A stretch of 63,885 nucleotides of DNA, the filler included, from Octopus bimaculoides (lineage: Eukaryota): assembly GCF_001194135.2 (NCBI RefSeq). It is 5 parts of 3 records of this genome, joined end to end, with 100 filler letters (N's around TTAATTAATTAA, not from the genome) between each part and the next. Parts side by side here need not be neighbours in the genome. Positions count along the whole stretch, not along the records: positions 1 to 14,459 come from NC_068986.1; 4 more parts are not named here. One strand, written 5' to 3'. Position 1 is the first letter of the stretch; every line of letters begins with the position of its first letter. Below the pieces are notes generated by a model that saw only the letters and a program-made list of their open reading frames with translations, ran no database searches and was not told the DNA's origin. Made by a program: the position numbers and the translations under genes. Below, in pieces: positions 1-11,059 of the stretch.

Positions 1-33
<33 letters not shown>

Positions 34-34
34 T

Positions 35-371
35 AGAGGTGCAATGGCCAAGTGGTTAGGACAGCGAAGTCGTGGTCGTGGGATCACGGTTTCGATTCCC
101 AGACCAGATGTTGTGAGTGTTTATTGTGCGAAAACATCTAAAGCTCCACAAAGCAGTGGGGGGCGAACCCTGCTGTAGTCTTTCACCACAACTTTCATTC
201 ACTCTTTGGTTCTGTTTCTGCTCTACCTGTATTTCAAAGCGTTGTCACGCTGAATCTTCCTGACAATTGCATTAGCGGTTCACGTGTTTGTGGAGTGCTC
301 AGCCACGAGCAGTCTGTTCCGGTGATCATATCAACTGGAATCGTAGTCGTCGCAACCGACGGAGTGCCATG
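35..371 (+). mobile_element. tRNA-derived SINE, family A (copy 1)
   Basis: Pol III A-box-like TGGCCAAGTGG and B-box-like GGTTTCGATTCCC. Body is colinear with the copies at 7099, 40924, 41790 and 56534; the tail is degraded. Confidence 0.85.
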
Positions 372-463
372 ACATAAATATATATGTGTGTGTAGCTTTA
401 TATATACGAACATATACACATATATGTATGCACACACACACACACACACGTGCACACACACAT

Positions 464-500
<37 letters not shown>

Positions 501-1030
501 NNNNNNNNNNNNNNNNNNNNNNNNNNNNNNNNNNNNNNNNNNNNNNNNNNNNNNNNNNNNNNNNNNNNNNNNNNNNNNNNNNNNNNNNNNNNNNNNNNNN
601 NNNNNNNNNNNNNNNNNNNNNNNNNNNNNNNNNNNNNNNNNNNNNNNNNNNNNNNNNNNNNNNNNNNNNNNNNNNNNNNNNNNNNNNNNNNNNNNNNNNN
701 NNNNNNNNNNNNNNNNNNNNNNNNNNNNNNNNNNNNNNNNNNNNNNNNNNNNNNNNNNNNNNNNNNNNNNNNNNNNNNNNNNNNNNNNNNNNNNNNNNNN
801 NNNNNNNNNNNNNNNNNNNNNNNNNNNNNNNNNNNNNNNNNNNNNNNNNNNNNNNNNNNNNNNNNNNNNNNNNNNNNNNNNNNNNNNNNNNNNNNNNNNN
901 NNNNNNNNNNNNNNNNNNNNNNNNNNNNNNNNNNNNNNNNNNNNNNNNNNNNNNNNNNNNNNNNNNNNNNNNNNNNNNNNNNNNNNNNNNNNNNNNNNNN
1001 NNNNNNNNNNNNNNNNNNNNNNNNNNNNNN

Positions 1031-1100
<70 letters not shown>

Positions 1101-2026
1101 TGTGTGTGTTTCATATCACTAGAACGGTGGGTTGGCAATCTTATTTGAGGGTTGCACTCTATTACATTTTGAGTCCAGATTCTGCAGAGGTCATCCTTTC
1201 ACTTTTATCGTAACGAGATGGATACGATATGGAAGCAGTCTAGCAACAGATTCGATTTACTTGACTAATCCTACACCACTAAATTTACTGGCATCTATAT
1301 TATAATGGAGAAAGCTACTTATTAATTAGGTATGTAACAATTGATAAAAGTACTAAAAGAAAGCAATTATTAAAGGGTTGACCGTCTGGAAATATTTTTA
1401 TAAATTCATGTTCTAAGAAATTTCCCATATAATTTCGATTTCTCAAGTTTCTTATTTTTGTTAATCCAATTTCTCGCAAATTTAAATATTCATTGCCTTC
1501 ATTGCGTCCAATTCACAAATTTAAATATTCATTGCGTTCACTGTGGAGTATTCCATCCTCATTTGCAAAATCTCTCACTTTCTCTTTTAAGTTTTCATTC
1601 GTTATTTGGAAAACCGACAGTTTATCGTATTAACGTATATGTAATTTATCATTTATTGAATGAACATTTTTTAAATACCCGTATAATTTTTGAACGCGGG
1701 ATAGCTGTGAGAAGAGCCTAGAAAGTTGGATAATTACTATTAGAAGACGCGAAGAAAAAAGTTACCGACAAGTACTCAACACCTTATTGACAATTTCCAA
1801 ACACTCTGTACCACAAAGCCAATCTATACACAAACAAGTTGCACGAGCGACTTCGACAGTGAGATCCTCGCACACACACATACACACAAATGAAAGGCAA
1901 CGAATGTGTATGTGTTTGCTGTTCACTGTCAAAGCTTCGTGCTGCATTACTTTTGCGAAGTTTTGTCGCGATTTGAAAGTGATGAAAATATTTTGACGCA
2001 AAAGAAATTTTAATGTTGAAGTGAAA

Positions 2027-2382
2027 CGGATACTCCTTAAATACAGAGGTCCTTTAACGGTACTAAAATACAGGAGTACTAAAATACAGGTGTTACGTAC
2101 AAAACATTTTAAATGTATGCTGTTTGGACGTGTAATGACACCCTAACCCTAACTAACCCTAAAACTAGCCCTAACTTTAACCCTAAAACCTAACCCTAAA
2201 ACTAGCCCTAACTTTAACNNNNNNNNNNCCCTAACTAACCCTAAAACTAGCCCTAACTTTAACCCTAAAACCTAACCCTAAAACTAGCCCTAACTTTAAC
2301 CCTAAAACCTAACCCTAAAACTAATCCTCCCCTTCATATCGTTACGGAGATGCATCGGGACCTCTGTATTTAAGTAGTGCCG
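2027..2382. mobile_element. MITE-like TIR element with internal telomere-like tandem array
   Basis: TIRs at 2027-2052 and 2358-2382 share a perfect 17-bp core (CTTAAATACAGAGGTCC). TGAAA flanks both sides (2022-2026, 2383-2387). The interior holds about 37-bp units built from CCCTAA variants, with a small N gap. Confidence 0.75.
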
Positions 2383-3093
2383 TGAAACTAACGGTTTCTG
2401 TGTGTTCTTCAATGGCTTACAAACATCTACGCTGCAATTATTTTTGTTTCAGCACACAATCTCAGATCAAGTCACTTGCTATGCAAGTACATCTCCATAA
2501 TTCTTTGAAATGACTGTGAATAAATGTCAGCAATGACCTTTTGAGGCTCTCCAATATTTTAAATTCTAAACAGAAACAATCGGAGACAGAGAGTTGCAAA
2601 AGATCGTAATTTCTCAAAATTTTTTTGTAGCATATAAATGAATTTATGGCAGGGGGAATATTGAAAAACATCAATAGAGTACCAGTCTAATACTGAAGTC
2701 GATGGTATCGACTGAGCCCTTTCTCACAAAATTGTTGGATTTATGTCTAAAGTAGAAGATATCATTATCGGTAGCCAGTAGGTAGAGTCGATAGATAGAT
2801 TGCTTTACGGGCATCAATTGAAAGGCTGCCGCGGCCATTTATATCTTTTATCCTTACAGAGTCAATTAATAAAGTGCAAGTTAGTGTGGTCAATTATCAT
2901 CGCGGGAAGGTGAAATATTTGACAAAGCGTCAGACAAAATCCTTTGCATTATATCTTCCAACTCTTTATTTTCTGAATTCCAATCCTGAAGGAGTAAAAA
3001 ATGCAGCTCATCCATCCGGGGCTGATAAAATAAAGTACTTGTCCAATACTAAGATTGATGGTATCGACTTCTACTTCTCCCCTAAAAACTGTT

Positions 3094-3568
3094 GGGCTGC
3101 AGCAAACAAATATTTTGCTCAATACCACAGAATTGCTTGTCAGTTGTTTGACCTCAACCAGTTGAGCATGTCCCTTTGTGGCTGACGATATGTGCATCTC
3201 TGATCATGAACAGTGGTAGTGGGGGAGCATCATAGTTATGTGTAGAGAAATTCTTTCGGGTCTGAATAATTCACCTCTGAAAACATGGGTGTTTCGTTCA
3301 ACATCCTTATACAACCCTTATTCAGAGACCTTTTGAGCAGGATGGGTTCTTTGACCCGAAGAAAATATCAGCTGAGCCTCACTTGGAAGCTCATGCACTG
3401 TTTATCTTGATATAAGGTCACCATGTAATGCACATATGGTCGTGGTGCATGTGTCTGGTGCACCCTTATCAGACGAGTAGTCATGATGCGTATACTAGGC
3501 TTCATATATCTTACCCCAGCGTCACTTTGATCGCATGCGCTGCTCTCTCACTCAATAATAAAAATAAT
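3094..3568 (-). repeat. Dispersed repeat family D (probable non-LTR retroelement 3' region or non-autonomous derivative)
   Basis: Clear homology to 10642-10892; bounded by a (TAA)n-like tract; no coding motif recognised. Confidence 0.6.
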
Positions 3569-3569
3569 G

Positions 3570-3672
3570 ATATGGCGTACGAGTCGTCGTCACTGTTATA
3601 TCTCAACTGTTATATTATCAAACGTTCCTGATGTTCTCTTATTGCTCTCCACTGCGTATCTTCAACAAGCAC
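3570..3672 (-). repeat. 3' LTR (distal part, separated by the LINE relic)
   Basis: Aligns to 8989-9095, e.g. the shared GTTCCTGATGTTCTCTTATT. Confidence 0.7.
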
Positions 3673-4250
3673 TGCATTCTTCTCTATCTGGAGGTCTGGA
3701 CCTAACCAGACCCCTAGCATCGTAACGGCGTTATTGGACGACATCGACTTACCCCTCCAGCTGCCGAGTTGCAAGCCGACCGACGTATCCTGATTAATAC
3801 TTGCTCCTGCCACCGCTTCGTATCTTCTGATGTCGTTTTCCACACAAGGTAGCTGCCCTTCGTCCGACACGATGATGGTGATGTCATCCGCATACGCAGT
3901 TACTGTCTTCCCTCCATTCAGATCACGCGGGTTGCATCCCATTGCCTCCAAACATCGCAGCAATAGCTCAAGAGCCAACACATACAAAATCAGGGACAGG
4001 GGACATCTCTGGCGAACAGAGCGCCTTATTTCGATCCAACCTCGAGCAGCGATCCAACCTCGAGCAGCGATCCAACCTCGGAAAGTCGGGACCAGTCCGG
4101 CCGCCCCGAGAACTGCCACCTGGTACCGATGGTCGAACCTATCGGAAGCTTTAGACTGGTCTAAATGCACTAGTGCCCCATCTTTTCCCAATAATTTTCC
4201 CGACCCGCTCTAAGGTGTAGCGTATGAAGTGGAGATCATCGTTGTATGCT
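3673..4250 (-). pseudogene. Tx1/L1-clade reverse transcriptase fragment
   Basis: LDQSKASDRFDHRY, RQRCPLSLILYVLALE and YADDITIIV correspond to the L1/Tx1 motifs LDQxKAFDRV, RQGCPLSP and YADD. Confidence 0.85.
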
Positions 4251-4329
4251 CTTTTTTTAAAAATGGAACAATTTTAATTTTTTTTTCCTTTTTTAGCAAA
4301 ACTATTTTACTTTTTTTCCTTTTTAATAC

Positions 4330-4853
4330 CTCATGAAAGGTTCTAAATCTTTTATTTCCACTACTGATGGCAATTCTTCGAACTCCACTTTCACTCCTAG
4401 TGGGTCAATCCCGCTTCCAACATGTCTGTTGTAAGTGCCCTTGTCCACCACGATGGTCTTCACATTCTCGGAATACACATCCGTGGGTAACCTCCCTCTT
4501 ATATGATTAAATTTTAAAACTTTCTTTTAGTTTCTTTGCTTTTCACCTACGTCACAAAATTCCATCGAAATTTTCCTTTTCTTATTTGTTTTTTCCTGCT
4601 CCACTCCTGGTACCTTCTTATCTTCCTCCACTCTGAACAGTCTCTCCATTTCACCCTCGTACAGTTGAACTCCTGAATCTCTTTCCACAGGCGACGCTAA
4701 TTTCAGTATATCTTTGTCTCTTTCCAGCAACTTCTCGCATTCCTTCATTTTTTGTGGTTCAACTTTTATTTCACGTACTTCCAGCGTTTCCACATCTATC
4801 ACTTTTCCAGTTGCAGCTGCATAACTGTGGCCACCTGCTGGCGTTTTCTCCAT
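4330..4853 (-). pseudogene. Probable ORF1 N-terminus of the same Tx1-like element
   Basis: ATG at 4853 gives MEKTPAGGHSYAAATG, then a charged coiled-coil-like stretch. Same strand as, and directly upstream of, the RT fragment; no APE domain between them. Confidence 0.45.
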
Positions 4854-4924
4854 TTTTCCCGTAATAGGAAAAAAAAAAAACAATTCAAAATAACAATAGC
4901 AACAATTTGAATAGCAACAATCAA

Positions 4925-5116
4925 TCAAATATTCAACACTATGACATACGTCTAACACGACAACAACTCTGTTATGAACAACTCAAACCACCTGTGCAAT
5001 ATGACATTCTTCTCTCAGACTGTTATGCACGTTGCTCATTTATAGTAGCTAGTATAGTTCATTTAGCAAATCTCGGGGATGTTCAGATTCCCCATACAAC
5101 ACCTCCTCCCTTTAAG
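4925..5116 (-). repeat. 3' LTR (5' part) with polypurine tract
   Basis: The LTR starts TGTTGTATGG at 5101 (minus), immediately after the purine run CTTAAAGGGAGGAGG (5116-5102). Its terminal 52 bp align to 9201-9251 with several differences. Confidence 0.75.
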
Positions 5117-5136
5117 ATTGGCTTTTTCTTTATATA

Positions 5137-6249
5137 TTATTTTTCTATTTTATTACTTGCTTGGGGAGAAATTGGCATACATTTTCGTTTAGAATCAATA
5201 TCTAATATCTCTATTCGCTTTCTCTTTCTAGTTGACTTGTGCACTGGTTTAACACTTTCCTGTGGCGCCGGAATATCAAATATGTCATAAAGTATTTCCA
5301 TAGGCTCTTCCTGCCATTTTCGTCCTTCTGTGTATCTCTTTTTTATTTTATTTACATGTCTTTTATGCTTACATGTCTGCCTTTTCACCGTATATATTAT
5401 TCTACCAAGACGTTTGGCTATTCGTCCTTGTTCCCAACTTTGTTTTCCATATTTGAACATTTTAAGAAATACTGCGTTACTTATATTGAAATAGTTTGTA
5501 TTATTAAAAGTATTCTTCTGCATTTGTTGTTTCCTTCTGGGTAACAATTTATCAAATACTGACTGTACCTTTCTGGCGAACATGAATTCAGCTGGTGACA
5601 TACCCAACTCTCTGTTGGAGCTTGGCGTTATTCTATAGACGCGTAAAAATCTTGTCAGTGTATTATCCACGAATGATTCGTTTCTGGTTTTCCTCAACGC
5701 TCTTTTAAACGTATCTACGAACCTCTGCGCAAGTCCATTTGACCTTGGATGATATGGCGGGGTAGTATTATGTTCCGTTTGATGCGTCTTCTCTTTTGCT
5801 GTAAATTGCGTAGCATTATCTGACACTGTAGTATCCGGCACACCAAAACGGGCAAGTATTTCATCCAAAAATTCAGTAGCTATTTTCGTAGGTGGTTTTC
5901 TGCACTTACAAATTTCAGGCTATTTTGTGTAGCTCTCTACCATTACCAGATCATATACACCGTTTGGTGGTGCTGCAAAATCTATGTGTAGCCTAGACCA
6001 CGGTATATCTGCCTTTGGCTATGGTTGAATCTTTACTGGAGGTGCCTTAGCTGCCACGGCGCATCCCCTACATGCTTTCACCAGTTTCTCGATATCTGTA
6101 TCTTTACTAGGCCAGTAAATATGACTTTTCATGAGATCATTCATCCTTACAATTCCAGGATGTCTTACATGAAATTCTTTTAGCATTTTATTTTGTAGTT
6201 CAACAGGTATCACAACCCTCTGTGCGTACATCAAAACATTGTCACACAC
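5137..6249 (-). pseudogene. Gypsy integrase (zinc-binding and catalytic core, disrupted)
   Basis: HPGIVRMNDLMKSHIYWP...CRGC (HHCC region), RFGVPDTTVSDNATQF and PPYHPRSNGLAQRFVDTFKRAL. Confidence 0.9.
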
Positions 6250-6559
6250 CGAATAGTATTTCGAACCTGTGTTACGCTCAGTGACATATTTTTTTTTGTA
6301 TATGTCTTATTCATTATTATTGTTTTCATTTTGTTAATAAATGCATCTTTTCTGCTTTACGTTTTATTTCTTCCAAAGTAACTCGTTGTTCCCGCACATT
6401 ATCGCAGAGAATATTTTAAAATTCAATTTGATTTTAACGCTATTATTACTGCATCTTCTAACGGTTCGTTATACTTCGAGATTAATCTCGACATCCCGTC
6501 CGCATGTCCCAATTTCTACGAAAGCAAAAATTCCATTTTGAAATTATAATTTAATAAGC

Positions 6560-7098
6560 GCTGTAATCAATTGGTTGTGTGTGGGAACACCTTTTTTTTA
6601 TACATAATTTGTTATCAGTGGACGCTGATCTGTCTGTAAGGTAAGCATTCTGTAAGGTAAGCATTCTGTAGTGCAAGAATTTATAAAATTTCTTCACTGT
6701 AACAATAATGACTTGTGCCTCTTTCTCTATCTGGCTATAATTTTTTTCCGCCGATAGTAATGCACTTGACGCATGCGCGATCGGTTTTACGTTACCATTT
6801 TCAAACTTATGTAAGATTACTGCTCCGATCCCAGACTCGTTAGCAGCTGATGCTACAATTATTTTTAGTTTCGGATCAAAATGTGCTAGAGATAGATAGC
6901 TCTGACGTTGACATGTTTTTAATATCTTCGAATGCTTTTTAGCATGCGTCAGTCCAACACCTTTTCACATGTTTTATCAGCAGTTTGTTTAGCTCATGCA
7001 TTCTTGGAATATACATTTGATAGTAACTCGCAAAGCTTGTAGAAAAGCTTGTAAGGTTGCTATTTTAGTTGGAGAAGGCATATCTTTAATTGCATCTG
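6560..7098 (-). pseudogene. Gypsy RT thumb/connection and RNase H remnant
   Basis: Manual translation gives DAIKDMPSPTKIATLQAFL and SGIGAVILHKFENGNVKPIAHASSALLSAEKNYSQIEKEA. Confidence 0.8.
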
Positions 7099-7421
7099 CC
7101 CAGACCGGGCGTTGTGAGTGTTTATTGAGCGAAAACACCTAAAGTTCCACGCGTCTCCGGCAGGGGATGGTGGCGAACCCTGCTGTAGACTTTCACCACA
7201 ACTTTCTCTCACTCTTACTTCTTGTTTCTGTTGTACCTGTAATTCAATGGGCCTGCCTTGTCACACTGTGTCACGTTGAATATCCCAAGAACTACGTTAA
7301 GGGTACACGTGTCTGTGGAGTGCTCAGCCACTTGCACGTTAATTTCACGAGCAGGCTGTTCCGTTGATCGGATCAACTGGAACCCTCGACGTCGTAAGCG
7401 ACGGAGTGCCAACAACAACAC
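7099..7421 (+). mobile_element. SINE family A, 5'-truncated copy inside the Gypsy pol
   Basis: Begins at CCCAGACCGGG just after the B box and ends in the (CAA)n tail; colinear with the full copies. Confidence 0.9.
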
Positions 7422-8902
7422 AGCTGGTGCTGCCCATTCCGAATAGTCTAATTTTTGTATTACAACAATATTCTCAAGTCATTTCAATTCTTTTTCTACT
7501 TGATTCAGTGCCGCAAAAGGCACAGCTCTCTTTGGTTTAAAAACCGGAACGGCATTTTCTTTTAGTTAGAATTTCACTTTTATTTTCGAACATGTGCCAA
7601 GTTTTTCCGAATAAAGCATCAGGATATTTCTTTTAATTTCATTTTTTAAGTTTTCAGACGTCTTGTTCGAACTGGCGTGCGACGCATTCACATTATTACA
7701 GAAAATACTTATGGGCAAATCCCACAAATTAAATGTCTCCATACAATCTGTACCAAACAGGTTCATGGTATTTTCTTATATGTATACCTTTGCTTTGAAG
7801 TCTTCTCATGAAATGTTACATCTGGCATAAATTCATAAGGGAATGTAACTTTCTGAACAGCGATTCCACGAGTTATTTGCTTTGTTTTCTCGTACGTAGG
7901 TCTTCCAATTTTCTTTCAAGTTTCAGTATTTATTATTGAAATATCGCCCACTATGTCTAGATGCAAACTTGTGTGTTCATTACTAATTTGTACTGGTACA
8001 AATTTGGGGGGGGGGGTCGTCTCACTATCTATTTTCATTGAAAACACTTTATCTATTTTTTCTCTTCGACCTTTTCTATTTCGCCCAACACTGTGACAGT
8101 TTCTGATCTATTTTGCCACAAGCAAAACATTCTTTATTCCAAAAAGGGCAGTCCCTTTTGAAGTGCAACTCGCCACAACCATAACACCGTTTGGGCCTTG
8201 TTTGTTTTATTTTTTGTTTGTCATAGGTCGACATGCTTGTACATTTATATTATAATTTTTTTTTTTTTAGTATCTTGCTGTAGGTTAAGAATATGTTGAC
8301 ATTCTGCTGCCACTTTTTGTAAGGTTAATCCAGTGTCTTGTGTCAATTTTGTTAATACTCCCGCTCGTATTTCTGCATCCTCACTTGCAGTACGTCCTTT
8401 GACAAATATCAAACATTTAAACATATCTGAGGATAACTCTCCTACCTTGGATCTTTCCCATGATTTGTTTACAATTCCTGCATATGTAACAAAGTCATCA
8501 TTTTCCATTTTTTTTTTTTTTCAAATTTAGGCATTCCCGACGTATGTTGAATAGCGAGCTCTTTTGCAGTATTCCTCGAGCTCTCACGGAGCTAGTTTAC
8601 GCAAAAGAAATTTTACCTTCTTCTCGTTTGTCCAGCTTTTGCAATCTCTTTAAATATTTCTTCATACCTTTTATAGTATGAAGAAAATATAATTCCATCT
8701 TCGGGATTATACAGGAATTCTTCAATGGAGTTAGCTACTCCATCCGCCGAATGCGACGCCGCTGCGTTCTTGGATTGTAGCAATAACTCTATCAACAGCT
8801 GGTTTAACTGTTGTTGCTGTTTGCGGTATTCTTGCTGCTGTTGTAACAGTGTTGCTGCAACTGTTGTTGCTGCTTCACAATGGAAGCTAATAGTTCTTCC
8901 AT
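7422..8902 (-). pseudogene. Gypsy gag-protease-RT start (disrupted)
   Basis: ATG at 8902 gives MEELLASIVKQQQ; then IEEFLYNPEDG, DMFKCLIFVKG, two knuckles, LHLDIVGDISII (degenerate protease active site) and PVFKPKRAVPFA...LDYSEWAAP. Confidence 0.8.
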
Positions 8903-8940
8903 TTCGACACTCCTATGAGCGTTCGTAACCGTGTTACCAC

Positions 8941-9251
8941 TGTTATAATGAAAATGTTATACAGTGCGAGGTATCCTCATCGACACTCATATGACGTACG
9001 ACTTCTCGCCGTCACCGTTATATCTGGGCTGTTATAATGTTAAATGTTCCTGATGTTCTCTTATTACTCTTCAACTGTGTATCTTCAACAAACACTCCAC
9101 GATATCTCTATTCAATAATTCCTACGACCTGTACACTATGACTCTATGACTGCGCATATATCACTTTTCCAGACTACTGCGCATACTCATTTATACTAAA
9201 TAGTATAGTTCCTTTGTTAATCACGGGGATGTACAGATTCTCCATACAACA
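8941..9251 (-). repeat. 5' LTR of the Gypsy element
   Basis: On the minus strand it starts TGTTGTATGG, ends TATAACA and is followed by GTGGTAACACGG (PBS-like). Homologous to 3570-3672 and about 4925-5101. The inner boundary could alternatively lie near 9016. Confidence 0.7.
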
Positions 9252-9270
9252 AATAATAATAATAATAATT

Positions 9271-9335
9271 TATTATAAGCAGAAGGCCTGGATTTTTTTG
9301 AGGAGGGGGAAAGTCCAGGTCTTCTGCTTATAATA
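9271..9335 (+). other. 26-bp stem / 13-nt loop hairpin
   Basis: Arms 9271-9296 and 9310-9335 pair fully as RNA, with two G.U wobbles on the plus strand. Confidence 0.7.
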
Positions 9336-10597
9336 GATTATAAGCAGCAGCGTAGCAATAAGTATCGTTTTGTTTGAAAAAATATGTATTTGTATATTAT
9401 TCAATCGATTTTTAATGATAATTTTAGACGATACCTTTTTTAACACTAAATTAATTAGTAGTAAGTTTATCATCTTAGCCTAAACTAAGACTTCGATTAG
9501 GTTAGTATTGAATTTTTTCCATTAATACTGTTTAATATTTCTTTTTATTTTATGGGATAAATAACTAGTCTTTTTATTTAATTTCTTTGATTATACAATA
9601 TAGTTAATTGTTTTATTATGACTTAAGTTATATAAAGTTTAATCTTTCATTCATAATAAAATTTTCATTCATGTTTTTATATCTACTTATTCTATTTTTC
9701 TTTACGCAATATTTTCACGAGACTTCTTTCAAATAAACGTTTTTAGTCTAAAATCTTTTAGCTTAAACTATTGCATCGTTTAGATATGTGCTACTTCTAT
9801 CTTTATCATTTTAACCTAAAACTTCGTTCAAATTGTATTTTAAACGAAAGATTCGTTAAAGTTGGTTTTTGCATATAATATTCCTNNNNNNNNNNNNNNN
9901 NNNNNNNNNNNNNNNNNNNNNNNNNNNNNNNNNNNNNNNNNNNNNNNNNNNNNNNNNNNNNNNNNNNNNNNNNNNNNNNNNNNNNNNNNNNNNNNNNNNN
10001 NNNNNNNNNNNNNNNNNNNNNNNNNNNNNNNNNNNNNNNNNNNNNNNNNNNNNNNNNNNNNNNNNNNNNNNNNNNNNNNNNNNNNNNNNNNNNNNNNNNN
10101 NNNNNNNNNNNNNNNNNNNNNNNNNNNNNNNNNNNNNNNNNNNNNNNNNNNNNNNNNNNNNNNNNNNNNNNNNNNNNNNNNNNNNNNNNNNNNNNNNNNN
10201 NNNNNNNNNNNNNNNNNNNNNNNNNNNNNNNNNNNNNNNNNNNNNNNNNNNNNNNNNNNNNNNNNNNNNNNNNNNNNNNNNNNNNNNNNNNNNNNNNNNN
10301 NNNNNNNNNNNNNNNNNNNNNNNNNNNNNNNNNNNNNNNNNNNNNNNNNNNNNNNNNNNNNNNNNNNNNNNNNNNNNNNNNNNNNNNNNNNNNNNNNNNN
10401 NNNNNNNNNNNNNNNNNNNNNNNNNNNNNNNNNNNNNNNNNNNNNNNNNNNNNNNNNNNNNNNNNNNNNNNNNNNNNNNNNNNNNNNNNNNNNNNNNNNN
10501 NNTGTATAGAAATTTGTTATTCTGTATTCAATTTCTTCTTCAATTGGGATACATTTTATTCTTTAACTGGAAATCAATTCTGAGTTCATAATACAAA

Positions 10598-10638
<41 letters not shown>

Positions 10639-10641
10639 AAT

Positions 10642-10892
10642 AAATGTCCTGATGCAGTACCAGGCAGTGGCTCTCATGGCTTCTGATCTTAATTGATTGG
10701 AAGTGTTACTACGAACATTGTTTTGGCTTGGTATATTAGATGGGCTACAGCAAATATTCTGCTCAATACCACAGATTTGCAAGTCAGTTGTTTGACCTTA
10801 ACCAGTTGAGCATGACCCTTAGTGGCTGACGATATGTGCATCTTTGATCACGAGCAGAAGTAGTGGGGAAGCATCATAGCCATGTGTTGAGA
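10642..10892 (-). repeat. Dispersed repeat family D (second copy)
   Basis: Homologous to 3094-3250 and bounded by (ATG)n at 10598-10638. Confidence 0.65.
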
Positions 10893-11055
10893 GTTCTGAG
10901 TTCAAATTCTGCTGAGGTTGACTTTGCCTTTCATCCTTTCGGGTTCGATAAATTAAGTACCAGTTACGCACTGGGGTCGATGTAATCGACTTAATCACTT
11001 TGTCTGTCCTTGTTTGTCCCCTCTATGTTTAGGCCCTTGTGGGCAATAAAGAAGT
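10893..11055 (+). mobile_element. SINE-like family B (3' part)
   Basis: GAGTTCAAATTCTGCTGAGGTTGACTTTGCCTTTCATCC...GGGGTCGATGTAATCGAC recurs at 16880-17070, 21280-21480, 23690-23790, 50350-50562 and in more degraded copies. Confidence 0.8.
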
Positions 11056-11059
11056 AGGA

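Larger units (their letters stand above)
3570..9251 (-). mobile_element. Degenerate Ty3/Gypsy LTR retrotransposon, Mag-like
   Basis: Minus-strand order is LTR, gag, two zinc knuckles (CYGCGELHFKRDC, CFACGKIDQKLSQC), protease remnant, RT start (LDYSEWAAP), RNase H, integrase, polypurine tract, LTR. Many stops and frameshifts. Confidence 0.9.

Noticed and set aside
35-110. Genuine tRNA genes at SINE heads
   Set aside because: A and B boxes are present, but each continues into a shared SINE body and tail, with no acceptor-stem closure or T-run terminator.
3570-3600. PBS-like sequence after the 3' LTR, implying a tandem LTR-element dimer
   Set aside because: Both matching segments read GTGACG rather than TGG, and a better TAACA-GTGG boundary exists at 8941. 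The segment is more simply internal LTR sequence.
9340-9885. Mitochondrial control-region/tRNA NUMT
   Set aside because: Very AT-rich, but I could not fold a convincing tRNA or find a mitochondrial ORF; a BLAST against cephalopod mtDNA would settle it.
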